NCBI GenBank assembly: GCA_946415695.1
Contig: CAMKTM010000001.1
Span: 1 to 34,891 of the forward strand
Reading direction: 5' to 3'
DNA length: 34,891 nt
DNA from: an uncultured Prevotellaceae bacterium
GTDB taxonomy: Bacteria > Bacteroidota > Bacteroidia > Bacteroidales > Bacteroidaceae
Shown piece by piece: positions 7,206 to 15,083 of this stretch (positions within the stretch are counted from its first letter, which is position 1; every line of letters begins with the position of its first letter). The notes beneath the pieces are model-generated. The model saw nothing but the letters and a program-made list of their open reading frames with translations, had not been told where the DNA came from and made no database searches. The position numbers were made by a program, and so were the translations under genes.

Positions 7206-9371
7206 ATGAAAACGAAATTCCTTTTTCTCGGCCTTCTACTTGCTGGGGCGGCAAGGGCTGACAATTTAGCACAGTATGTAAACCCCGTCATTGGTACGGG
7301 CGACCACGGCCATGTCTTCGTTGGTGCCAACGTGCCTTTCGGCATGGTGAATGCCGGTCCCACTCAGATTGAGACGGGCTGGGACTGGTGCTCGGGCTAT
7401 CACGAGAGTGGCAAGAAGATCATCGGTTTCGGCCAGATGCACTTGAGCGGCACGGGCTGCGGCGATTTGGGCGACATCGGCCTGATGCCTGCCTACGGCG
7501 ACGTGGAACTGACGCGCGAAGGCCTGGCGAGCGAGTACAGCCACGACAACGAGGTGGTGAAGCCCGGCTACTACAGTGTGCTGCTGGACCGCTTCGGCAT
7601 CTCGGCCGAGATGACGGCTACGGAGCGCACGGCCCTCTATCGCTTCACATTCCCGAAGGGCAGCAACAATGCCCGCATCATCATCGACCTGGAGAACACC
7701 ATAGGCGATGAGGCTCGCGAGACGCGTGTGGTGCCCGTCGATGAATACACGGTGATGGGCTATCGTCGCAGCCATGGCTGGGCAAACGACCAGATTGTCT
7801 ATTTCTGCATGCGTTTCAGCAAGCCCATCCACAACTGGATGATAGAGGACGTCAATGCGAAGTACGGCGAGGCCACCTTCGAGGTGAACCCCGGCGACCA
7901 GGTGATGGTGAAGGTGGCTCTGTCGCCCACCAGCGAGGCCAATGCGCTCATCAACATGAACGTGGAGCAGCCCAATGGCTTCGACTTCGAAGGCGTTGCC
8001 AATGCCGCCACCGAGGCTTGGAACACACAACTCTCCCGCATCAAGGCTACGTTCCGCACCGAACGCGAGCGCACCATCTTCTACACCGCCATGTACCACT
8101 ACATGGTGGCTCCCCAGCTTTGGAACGACGTGACGGGCGACTACATGGGCTCGGACTTCAAGGTTCACCGTGGCGCCGACTACAACACGCTCACCACGTG
8201 GAGTCTCTGGGACACCTACCGTGCCGCACATCCCCTGGCAACCATCATCATGCCCGACCGTATGCGCGACTATGCCAAGACGATGCTTGCCATCTATCGC
8301 GAGTGGGGCGAACTGCCTGTCTGGCATCTGGTGAGCAACGACACCTACTGCATGGTGGGCGAACCCGCCGTGCCCGTGCTGGCCGACATCATCCTGAAGG
8401 GTGAGGCCGGCGACATCGACATCGACGAGGCCTACGAAGCCGTCTGCGCAAGCATGCTTCCAACGGAATACAGCAAAGTGCGCCGTGTTCCCCTGCGCGG
8501 CAAGGACTATCTGGCCGAACTCGGCTATCTCCCATACGACGGACGCGAGGGCGAAGTCGTGGGCAAAAGCATGGAGTACTTCATCGCCTCCTGGGCTGCC
8601 GCACAGCTTGCCGGCCGTCTCGGTCACAAGGAGGACAGCGTCCGCTTCTACGAGGTGAGCATGAACTACAAGAAGCTCTACGACAAGCGCGTCAACGTCA
8701 TGCGTGCCCTCGACACGAAGGGCGAGTTCCGTCCGTTGCCTTCCAACTTCAACCCCAACCAGCAGACGCGCGACTACACCGAGGGCAACCCCTGGCAGTA
8801 CACCTTTCTCGTGCCTCACGACGTGAAGGGCTTGGCAGAAGTGATGGGCGGCGACAAGGCCTTGGAGAAACGCCTCGACGACCTGTTGGCAGCCAGCAGC
8901 GACCTGGGCGAAGGCGCTGCGCCCGACATCTCCGGCCTCATCGGCCAATACGCACACGGCAACGAGCCCAGCCACCACATCCTCTATATGTATAACTACG
9001 TAGGCCAGCCCCGCAAGGCACAGAAGTGGATACGTCAGGTCATGGACGAACTCTACACCGACCAGCCCGCCGGCCTCTGCGGCAACGAAGACGTCGGTCA
9101 GATGTCCGCATGGTACATCCTTTCAGCCCTCGGCTTCTATCAGGTTGAACCATGCGGCGGTGTCTATCAGCTCGGCTCCCCCATCGTGGAAGAAGCCGTC
9201 ATACCCGTCCGCGACGGCAAGACCTTCACCATCCGTACCCACGGCGGCAGCGACAAAGCCATCTACGTCAAGAAGTACGTCCTGAACGGCCAGCAGCTCA
9301 AGGGCACAACCATCACGCATGAGCAAATCATGGCAGGCGGCACACTCGATGTCTATATGACGGCGAAATAA
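7206..9371 (+). CDS. glycoside hydrolase family 92 alpha-mannosidase (secreted)
   Basis: Signal peptide MKTKFLFLGLLLAGAARA. GH92-typical blocks: GTGDHGHVFVGANVPFGMVNAGP, GFGQMHLSGTGC, YAHGNEPSHHILYMYNY and GLCGNEDVGQMSAWY. Confidence 0.92.
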   Translation: MKTKFLFLGLLLAGAARADNLAQYVNPVIGTGDHGHVFVGANVPFGMVNAGPTQIETGWDWCSGYHESGKKIIGFGQMHLSGTGCGDLGDIGLMPAYGDVELTREGLASEYSHDNEVVKPGYYSVLLDRFGISAEMTATERTALYRFTFPKGSNNARIIIDLENTIGDEARETRVVPVDEYTVMGYRRSHGWANDQIVYFCMRFSKPIHNWMIEDVNAKYGEATFEVNPGDQVMVKVALSPTSEANALINMNVEQPNGFDFEGVANAATEAWNTQLSRIKATFRTERERTIFYTAMYHYMVAPQLWNDVTGDYMGSDFKVHRGADYNTLTTWSLWDTYRAAHPLATIIMPDRMRDYAKTMLAIYREWGELPVWHLVSNDTYCMVGEPAVPVLADIILKGEAGDIDIDEAYEAVCASMLPTEYSKVRRVPLRGKDYLAELGYLPYDGREGEVVGKSMEYFIASWAAAQLAGRLGHKEDSVRFYEVSMNYKKLYDKRVNVMRALDTKGEFRPLPSNFNPNQQTRDYTEGNPWQYTFLVPHDVKGLAEVMGGDKALEKRLDDLLAASSDLGEGAAPDISGLIGQYAHGNEPSHHILYMYNYVGQPRKAQKWIRQVMDELYTDQPAGLCGNEDVGQMSAWYILSALGFYQVEPCGGVYQLGSPIVEEAVIPVRDGKTFTIRTHGGSDKAIYVKKYVLNGQQLKGTTITHEQIMAGGTLDVYMTAK

Positions 9372-9420
9372 CGAAATAACGAGATAACGAAATAACGACA
9401 GAACGTCATAACGAAATAAA
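9365..9420 (+). repeat. 8-nt periodic tract, 7 units (gaaataac x2, gagataac, gaaataac, gacagaac, gtcataac, gaaataaa)
   Basis: Read directly. The tract contains the GH92 stop codon (9369-9371) and ends 2 nt before the GH125 ATG. Confidence 0.9.
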
Positions 9421-9422
9421 CA

Positions 9423-10853
9423 ATGAAGAAATTAGCATTAGCCCTGCTGATGGGCGCACCAATGTCCGCCTTCAGCCACACCAACCTCGCTATTCCCGAG
9501 CCTGCCAAGAAGCAGCAAGTGGCAGTGCAAAGCACCATCCAGGACCTCCGCCCTGCCGAGAAGGACCGCCTCTTCCGCAGCGAAGCCATCGAGAAGCAAA
9601 TCCTCGACCTCAAGCAGAAGCTCACGGCCATCGACCCAAAGCTCTACTGGATGTTTGTCAACTGCTTCCCCAATACGCTCGACACGACTGTCTGGTACAG
9701 CAACGAGAGCGGCGACGACGACACATTCGTCATTACGGGCGACATCGAAGCCATGTGGCTGCGCGACAGTGCCGCACAGGTTTGGCCCTACCTCCGCTAT
9801 GTGAATCAGGACGAACCCCTGCGCCACCTCATCCGCGGCGTCATCCGTAGGCAGTTCGCCTGCATCCTCATCGACCCATACGCTAATGCCTTCAACATCA
9901 AACCGAAAGACGGCGAGTGGCAAACCGACGAAACGAAGATGAACAAGATGCTGCACGAACGCAAGTACGAGATTGACTCTCTTTGCTATCCCCTGCGCCT
10001 CGCTTATGCCTACTGGCAGAAGACGGGCGACACAAGCATCTTCGATGAGAACTGGCTGAAAGTGGTTCGCGCCACGCTCGACGTGTTCCGCGACCAGCAG
10101 AACTGGAACGGCTACAAGACCAACTACCACTTCCGCCGCAACACTAAAGCACTCCACGACACCCGCAGCAACGCCGGCTACGGCCATCCGGGCAAGCCTT
10201 GCGGCCTCATTGCCAGTGCCTTCCGTCCCAGCGACGACAGCACAATCTTCCCCTACCTCGTGCCTTCGAACTTCTTCGCCGTGAGCGTTCTGCGCAAGGC
10301 CGCAACCATTCTTCGCGAAGTGAACAAGGAAAAAGTCCTTGCCGGCGAGTGCGAGCAGATGGCAAGCCAGGTGGAGGCAGCCCTCAAGGAATATGCCGTC
10401 GTGGAACATCCCAAGTATGGTCCCATCTATGCCTTCGAGGTTGACGGCTACGGAAGCTATCTTCTCATGGACGACAGCAACGCCCCCAGCTTGCTTTGCC
10501 TGCCCTATCTGACCGATGTCGCCATTGACGACCCCATCTATCAGAACACCCGCCGCTTCGTCTGGAGCGAGGACAATCCTTACTTCTTCAAGGGCAAGGC
10601 AGGCGAAGGCATCGGCGGCCCGCACTGCGGCCTCGACAAGCCTTGGCCCATGAGCCTTGTGATGAAGGCCTTCACCACCAACGACCGTGCCGAGAAGGAG
10701 TGGTGCGTACAGCAAATCCTCAAGACCGACGGCGGCAAGGGCTTCATGCACGAGTCCTTCAACAAGGACGATGCCACCGACTTCACCCGCAGTTGGTTTG
10801 CCTGGGCCAACACCATCTTCGGCGAACTCATTGTAGATATGTATGCAGAATAA
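9423..10853 (+). CDS. glycoside hydrolase family 125 exo-alpha-1,6-mannosidase (DUF1237 type)
   Basis: Signal peptide MKKLALALLMGAPMSAFS. The block FVITGDIEAMWLRDSAAQVWPYL matches the GH125 hallmark as I recall it. Length is about 475 aa. Confidence 0.85.
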   Translation: MKKLALALLMGAPMSAFSHTNLAIPEPAKKQQVAVQSTIQDLRPAEKDRLFRSEAIEKQILDLKQKLTAIDPKLYWMFVNCFPNTLDTTVWYSNESGDDDTFVITGDIEAMWLRDSAAQVWPYLRYVNQDEPLRHLIRGVIRRQFACILIDPYANAFNIKPKDGEWQTDETKMNKMLHERKYEIDSLCYPLRLAYAYWQKTGDTSIFDENWLKVVRATLDVFRDQQNWNGYKTNYHFRRNTKALHDTRSNAGYGHPGKPCGLIASAFRPSDDSTIFPYLVPSNFFAVSVLRKAATILREVNKEKVLAGECEQMASQVEAALKEYAVVEHPKYGPIYAFEVDGYGSYLLMDDSNAPSLLCLPYLTDVAIDDPIYQNTRRFVWSEDNPYFFKGKAGEGIGGPHCGLDKPWPMSLVMKAFTTNDRAEKEWCVQQILKTDGGKGFMHESFNKDDATDFTRSWFAWANTIFGELIVDMYAE

Positions 10854-13332
10854 AAGAAGAATGATACCAGCGGGAGCCCTCATTGCGGGGCTCTTTGCTT
10901 TTTTGACTGTTGCCTGCACCGACGGCCGGCAGCAGGAGGTGCAGGAAGCGCTCGACTTCCTTTATGCGGGAATGCCGTTGCCCGACAGCGTCGATTACTC
11001 CCGCGAGTTCTGGGAGGCGAACGTCAAAGTGGCTTTGAAGGCTCGTCACGAGATGCCGTGGGGCGAGAAGGTGCCCGGCCGTGAGTGGCGGCACTTTGTC
11101 TTGCCTTTGCGCGTCAACAACGAGGACCTCGACTCCTTCCGCATCGTCTATTATGACGAGCTGAAGGAGCGCGTGAAGGGCAAGACGATGTACGGGGCCG
11201 TGCTCGAGGTGAACCATTGGTGCCACGAGCATGTCAGCTACCAGCCCAGCGACAGCCGTACCTCTTCGCCGATGAACACCCTTCGCTCTGCCATTGGGCG
11301 TTGCGGCGAGGAGAGCACCTTTACCGTCTCGGCCCTCCGCACCATCGGCATCCCTGCCCGTCAGGTCTATACGCCTCGCTGGGCGCATACCGACGACAAC
11401 CATGCCTGGGTGGAAGCCTGGGTGGACGGCAGATGGTACTTCCTCGGTGCCTGCGAGCCGGAGCCTGTGCTTAATCTCGGCTGGTTCAACGAGCCGGCAT
11501 CGAGAGGGATGCTCATGCACACGAAAGTCTTTGGGGACTATTGTGGCCCGGAAGATGTGATGAACAAGACGGCGTGCTATACGGAGATTAACGTCACGAA
11601 GAACTATGTGGATGTCGCCACGGTCATCGTGACGGTGCTCAGTGCCGACAGCGTTCCTGTGGAGGGCGCAACGGTCGATTACCGTCTGTATAACTATGCG
11701 GAACTCTATCCCATTGCCTCCAAGCAGAGCGACGCCAAGGGACAGTCCTCGCTGACCTGCGGAAAGGGCGACCTCGTCGTCTGGGCAAGCAAGGACGGGA
11801 AGTTCGGCTTCAAGAAAGTGAGTGTCGGCAAGAATGCCTTGGCGACTGTTGTTCTCGATAAGGACAGCACCTTCACAGCCTCTCTGGAGCTTGACCTGAC
11901 GCCGCCTGTCGGGAAGAGCAACAGGCCCGAAGTCAGCCCAGAATCTGTCCGTGCCAACCGTGAACGCCTTGCCCGTGAGGACAGCATCCGGGGCGTCTAT
12001 ATGAAGCAAGCCTTCTGCCAGGACGGCAAGTCCAACAGCCCCGAGGTGCTGGCTCGCGCCAACTGGCAGACCATCCAGACCTTCAGGAAGACCTGTCAAG
12101 ACAAGAAACTGGCAGACGACATCCTCGCCACGCTCTCGAAGAAGGACTTCCGCGACGTGACGCTCGACGTGCTGATGGATGTGGCAGCCTCCCCCGTCCC
12201 CTCCAAAGGAGGGGGGAACGGCGATGCTGTTCTCGGGCCGCGCGTGGCCAATGAGCGCTTGACGCCTTGTCGCGGAACACTCCGCAAGTACTTCGAAGGC
12301 ATGACGGCAGAGCAACTTCAAAAGTGGGTGGAGGACAGCATCATAATAGATGACACGCGCAATCCGCAGCATCTCTGCATGAGTCCGCTCGGCGTGTTGC
12401 GGCACCGGACGTGCGATGCCCACAGCCGCGACATATTCTTCGTCTCGGCAGCCCGTGCCATCGGCATTCCTGCCCGCATCGACGAGGTGACGGGGAAAGT
12501 GATAGCCTCCCCCAACCCCTCCAAAGGAGGGGAGAACGACTGCAACTTGACCCCCTCTCCTTTGGAGAGGGATGGGGTGAGGCTTCGCCTCTCCTATACC
12601 GACCAGGCCGTGAAGGAGAATCCTTCCTACTACTCCCATTTCGCCCTGTCGCGCATCGTGGACGGCCGTCCGCAGTTGCAGGAGTTTCCCGAGGACGCGA
12701 CGTGGAAGAACACTTTTGCCGACGGCGTAGAGGTCGATGCAGGGCAGTACATGCTCCTGAGCGGCACACGCCTCGCCAATGGCGGTGTCTGGGCGAACCT
12801 CGAGGTCTTTAATGTCGCTCCACAACAGCAACAGACGGAACCGCTTCGCCTGCGGGCCGACGAAGAGCATCTGCACGTCATCGCCGGCTTCGACTGTGAG
12901 CAATACTTCACGAACGTAAGGGGCGTTCACAAGAAGATACTCGACACCACGGGTCGCGGCTTCTACATCGTCGCCCTCATCCGCAGCGGACACGAGCCAA
13001 GCACGCACCTCCTGCACGACATGGAGGCGGCAAACATCTACATCTCCCAGTGGTCGGGCTGCTACCTCATGCTTTTCCCGAGCCAGGAGGACTATGCCAA
13101 CTTCGACCGCAAGGAGTTCGACGACCTGCCCAGCAACGTCCTCTTCGGCGTAGCCGACCCGGAGACCGCCGAGGCCATGCACATCGAGGAACTCACGCAC
13201 GGCAACCGCGAGCTGCCCATCCTTTTGCTCTGCGACACCTTCAACCGTGTCGTATGGTTCCGCCAAGGCTATAGCATCGGCCTGGCCGACCAGATGATGG
13301 ACGCACTAAGGAAGATTATCACGGGCGAGTAA
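10843..13332 (+). CDS. transglutaminase-like domain lipoprotein (829 aa)
   Basis: The lipoprotein signal ends LTVAC. The transglutaminase-type core is GRCGEESTFTVSALRTIGIPARQVYTPRWAHTDDNHAWVEAWVDGRWYF. A second, degenerate copy lies around HSRDIFFVSAARAIGIPARIDE. The start overlaps the GH125 stop by 11 nt; an alternative ATG is at 10861. Confidence 0.8.
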   Translation: MQNKRRMIPAGALIAGLFAFLTVACTDGRQQEVQEALDFLYAGMPLPDSVDYSREFWEANVKVALKARHEMPWGEKVPGREWRHFVLPLRVNNEDLDSFRIVYYDELKERVKGKTMYGAVLEVNHWCHEHVSYQPSDSRTSSPMNTLRSAIGRCGEESTFTVSALRTIGIPARQVYTPRWAHTDDNHAWVEAWVDGRWYFLGACEPEPVLNLGWFNEPASRGMLMHTKVFGDYCGPEDVMNKTACYTEINVTKNYVDVATVIVTVLSADSVPVEGATVDYRLYNYAELYPIASKQSDAKGQSSLTCGKGDLVVWASKDGKFGFKKVSVGKNALATVVLDKDSTFTASLELDLTPPVGKSNRPEVSPESVRANRERLAREDSIRGVYMKQAFCQDGKSNSPEVLARANWQTIQTFRKTCQDKKLADDILATLSKKDFRDVTLDVLMDVAASPVPSKGGGNGDAVLGPRVANERLTPCRGTLRKYFEGMTAEQLQKWVEDSIIIDDTRNPQHLCMSPLGVLRHRTCDAHSRDIFFVSAARAIGIPARIDEVTGKVIASPNPSKGGENDCNLTPSPLERDGVRLRLSYTDQAVKENPSYYSHFALSRIVDGRPQLQEFPEDATWKNTFADGVEVDAGQYMLLSGTRLANGGVWANLEVFNVAPQQQQTEPLRLRADEEHLHVIAGFDCEQYFTNVRGVHKKILDTTGRGFYIVALIRSGHEPSTHLLHDMEAANIYISQWSGCYLMLFPSQEDYANFDRKEFDDLPSNVLFGVADPETAEAMHIEELTHGNRELPILLLCDTFNRVVWFRQGYSIGLADQMMDALRKIITGE
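12187..12223. repeat. GC-rich palindromic (REP-like) unit inside the CDS
   Basis: Sequence gcctcccccgtcccctccaaaggaggggggaacggcg, containing the palindrome cccctcc-aaa-ggagggg (12198-12214). It translates in frame as ASPVPSKGGGNG. Confidence 0.8.
12505..12582. repeat. second GC-rich palindromic unit plus an adjacent related hairpin inside the CDS
   Basis: 12505-12538 (gcctcccccaacccctccaaaggaggggagaacg) matches the 12187 unit at 31 of 34 positions. It is followed by cctctcc-ttt-ggagagg (12554-12570) and gatggggtgagg. Together these translate in frame as ASPNPSKGGENDCNLTPSPLERDGVR. Confidence 0.8.
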
Positions 13333-13347
13333 GCCTGTCGCCATGCG

Positions 13348-13388
13348 AAAGCCCCCTGCCTTAATCATCGGATGAGGCAGGGGGCTTT
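13348..13388 (+). terminator. stem-loop after the transglutaminase-like gene
   Basis: aaagccccctgcc (13348-13360) pairs perfectly with ggcagggggcttt (13376-13388) across a 15-nt loop. A T-rich tttctttg stretch follows. Confidence 0.7.
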
Positions 13389-13458
13389 CTTTGCTTGTAC
13401 ATGTAAAAGCAATTGCTTATACATGTACAAGCAATTGCACGTACATGTACAAGCAAAG
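13389..13458. repeat. composite palindromic repeat (GTACATGTAC / GCAATTGC family), copy 1
   Basis: Outer arms ctttgcttgtacatgta (13389-13405) and tacatgtacaagcaaag (13442-13458) are exact reverse complements. The interior holds about three 21-22-nt units, tacatgtaNaagcaattgc. Related copies are at 23601-23672 and 29968-30052. Confidence 0.9.
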
Positions 13459-13515
13459 GATGTGGTGTGTGACGACAGAATAAAGGCTATGTTTATCGGG
13501 CACCCCAAGAGCTGC

Positions 13516-14934
13516 CTATCGTCGGGCGAAGCCTTCTTTCTTGTAGATGATGGCTGCATAGAGGAGGATGAGCAGCGTGCTGACGGCAAGGTGGCAGTAC
13601 ATCGGCCAGGTCTTGGGAACGAGCGTCATCGCTCCGTAGAAAAGCGCTGCGATGACGGTGTAGGCCGCCATGGCGCGCAGCGGGTAGGAGATGGGGTTGA
13701 GCCTTTGCCCTACGAAATAGCTCAGGAGCATAGCCGTTCCGTAGCCCGCAACACCGCCCCAGGCGCAAGCCATATAGCTGTAGTGGGGAATGCCCCAAAT
13801 GTTGACGGCGAAGAGCACGAGGCAGCCCGCCAGAGAGAACAGGGCGCCGTAGATGGTCTTGTCAATCAACTTGTACCAGAAGGAAAGGTTGAAGTAGATG
13901 CCCATCATAATTTCTGCCACCATGACGATAGGGATAACGCGCAATCCTTCCCAATAATCCGAGCCAATCATATAGCGGAGCAGGGGCAGCCAGCCCATCA
14001 CTCCGAGGAAAGCCAGCAGGGTGAAGATGACGAAATACTTCATTCCGAGGGCGTAGTACTCGTTCTTGTCGGCATCTTTCGACTTGGCAAAGACGATGGG
14101 TTCGTAGGCGTATCGGAAGGCTTGGGTAATCATTGCCATAATCATCGCAATCTTCACGCAGCTGCCATAAACGCCCAGTTCGACGTTTGCCTGAGACTCG
14201 TCGGGATAGACCTTCGGGAAGAGTATCTTGTCCGCCACTTGGTTCAGGATTCCCATCACGCCCAAAACGAGTATCGGCCACGAGTAGGAGAGCATCCTTC
14301 GAAGCAGTTTGCCGTCGAAGTTCCAATGAATCTTGAACAGGTCGGGAATGAAGAAGAAGGTGACGAAGCCTGTGCAGAGGAGGTTTATGAGGAAGACATA
14401 GTACACGGCCGTCTTGCCGAGGAGGACGAAGAAGACGAGGTTGAAGCCGATGTTGAGGAAGATGAAGAGCATCTTCAGCGACATAAACCGAATGGGCCGG
14501 TGCTGGAAGCGCAGGAAGCTGAAGGGCAAAGCCTGCAAAGCATCAAGGGCAACCACGCTGGCCATCATCAGCAAGTATTCGGGATGTGCCGCGTAACCGA
14601 GGTAACCCGAAATGGGAGTGATGAAGCCGAAGACAAGCAAAAGGAAGAGCGCGCTGAGGCTTCCCACTATGGCAAAGCCGGTGGAGAAGACGGTATCGGG
14701 CTTCTCGTGCTCGTCGTTGGCGAAGCGGAAGAGAGTCGTCTCCATTCCAAAAGTCAGAATGACGAATATCAGGGCGGTGTAGGCATAGATGTTTGTGTTC
14801 ACGCCATAGTCGCCCGAAGCCTTGGGCATATAGTGCGTGTAGAGCGGCACGAGCAAGTAGTTGAGGAAACGTCCCACGATGCTCGAGAGACCGTATATCG
14901 CAGTGTCCTTGAAAAGGGATTTGAGGCTTGCCAT
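13516..14934 (-). CDS. oligosaccharide/polysaccharide flippase family protein (Wzx/MOP superfamily)
   Basis: A 472-aa, highly hydrophobic multi-pass protein. The N-terminus MASLKSLFKDTAIYGLSSIVGRFLNYLLVPLYT is typical of Bacteroidota polysaccharide-biosynthesis (RfbX-like) proteins. Confidence 0.75.
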   Translation of the reverse strand: MASLKSLFKDTAIYGLSSIVGRFLNYLLVPLYTHYMPKASGDYGVNTNIYAYTALIFVILTFGMETTLFRFANDEHEKPDTVFSTGFAIVGSLSALFLLLVFGFITPISGYLGYAAHPEYLLMMASVVALDALQALPFSFLRFQHRPIRFMSLKMLFIFLNIGFNLVFFVLLGKTAVYYVFLINLLCTGFVTFFFIPDLFKIHWNFDGKLLRRMLSYSWPILVLGVMGILNQVADKILFPKVYPDESQANVELGVYGSCVKIAMIMAMITQAFRYAYEPIVFAKSKDADKNEYYALGMKYFVIFTLLAFLGVMGWLPLLRYMIGSDYWEGLRVIPIVMVAEIMMGIYFNLSFWYKLIDKTIYGALFSLAGCLVLFAVNIWGIPHYSYMACAWGGVAGYGTAMLLSYFVGQRLNPISYPLRAMAAYTVIAALFYGAMTLVPKTWPMYCHLAVSTLLILLYAAIIYKKEGFARR

Positions 14935-14959
14935 AGTAGAAGTTTGCTTTAGTCTGCCA

Positions 14960-14967
14960 CAAAGTTA
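14960..14967 (-). promoter_or_regulatory. candidate -7 box (TAACTTTG on the minus strand) for the flippase gene
   Basis: Plus-strand caaagtta lies 26 nt upstream of the ATG at 14934. Confidence 0.45.
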
Positions 14968-15032
14968 CGAAATAATTCTTAATTCTTTGTCCTTAATTCC
15001 TAATTCTTCACGCTTAATTCTTAATTTCTTCG

Positions 15033-15040
15033 TATCTTTG
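15033..15040 (+). promoter_or_regulatory. candidate -7 box TATCTTTG for the GH3 gene
   Basis: Exact TAnnTTTG match 44 nt upstream of the ATG at 15084. Confidence 0.5.
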
Positions 15041-15083
15041 CACACAAAGTAGTGCAACATATACATTAATTATAATATATAGC

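Noticed and set aside
6485-7363. Tracked ORFs inside the adhesin/GH92 spacer: 6485-6682 (-), 6552-6860 (+), 6804-7025 (-), 6857-7363 (-) and 6994-7179 (-).
   Set aside because: One reads straight through the G13 tract (MQGGGGK). All have odd composition and no motifs, and one runs into the GH92 signal-peptide region on the wrong strand. I treat them as non-coding.
7266-8978. Long antisense ORFs opposite well-supported genes: 7266-8978 (570 aa), 9438-10919 (493 aa), 10828-13266 (812 aa), 13372-14952 (526 aa), 15627-16796 (389 aa), 17559-18200, 20335-21105, 23946-25130, 25663-26565, 26556-28121 (521 aa), 29177-30049 and 29962-31107.
   Set aside because: Each lies entirely opposite, or out of frame with, a gene that carries strong family motifs. 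Their translations are low-complexity (rich in A, G, V, H, D, R, L) with no recognisable motifs. Such shadow ORFs are expected where the codon third position is GC-rich.
10843-10860. Whether the 11-nt overlap between GH125 and the transglutaminase-like gene marks a frameshifted fusion or pseudogene.
   Set aside because: Both ORFs are full length with their own signal sequences. The overlap (ATGCAGAATAA) is a normal coupled stop/start arrangement, and an alternative ATG at 10861 is also possible.
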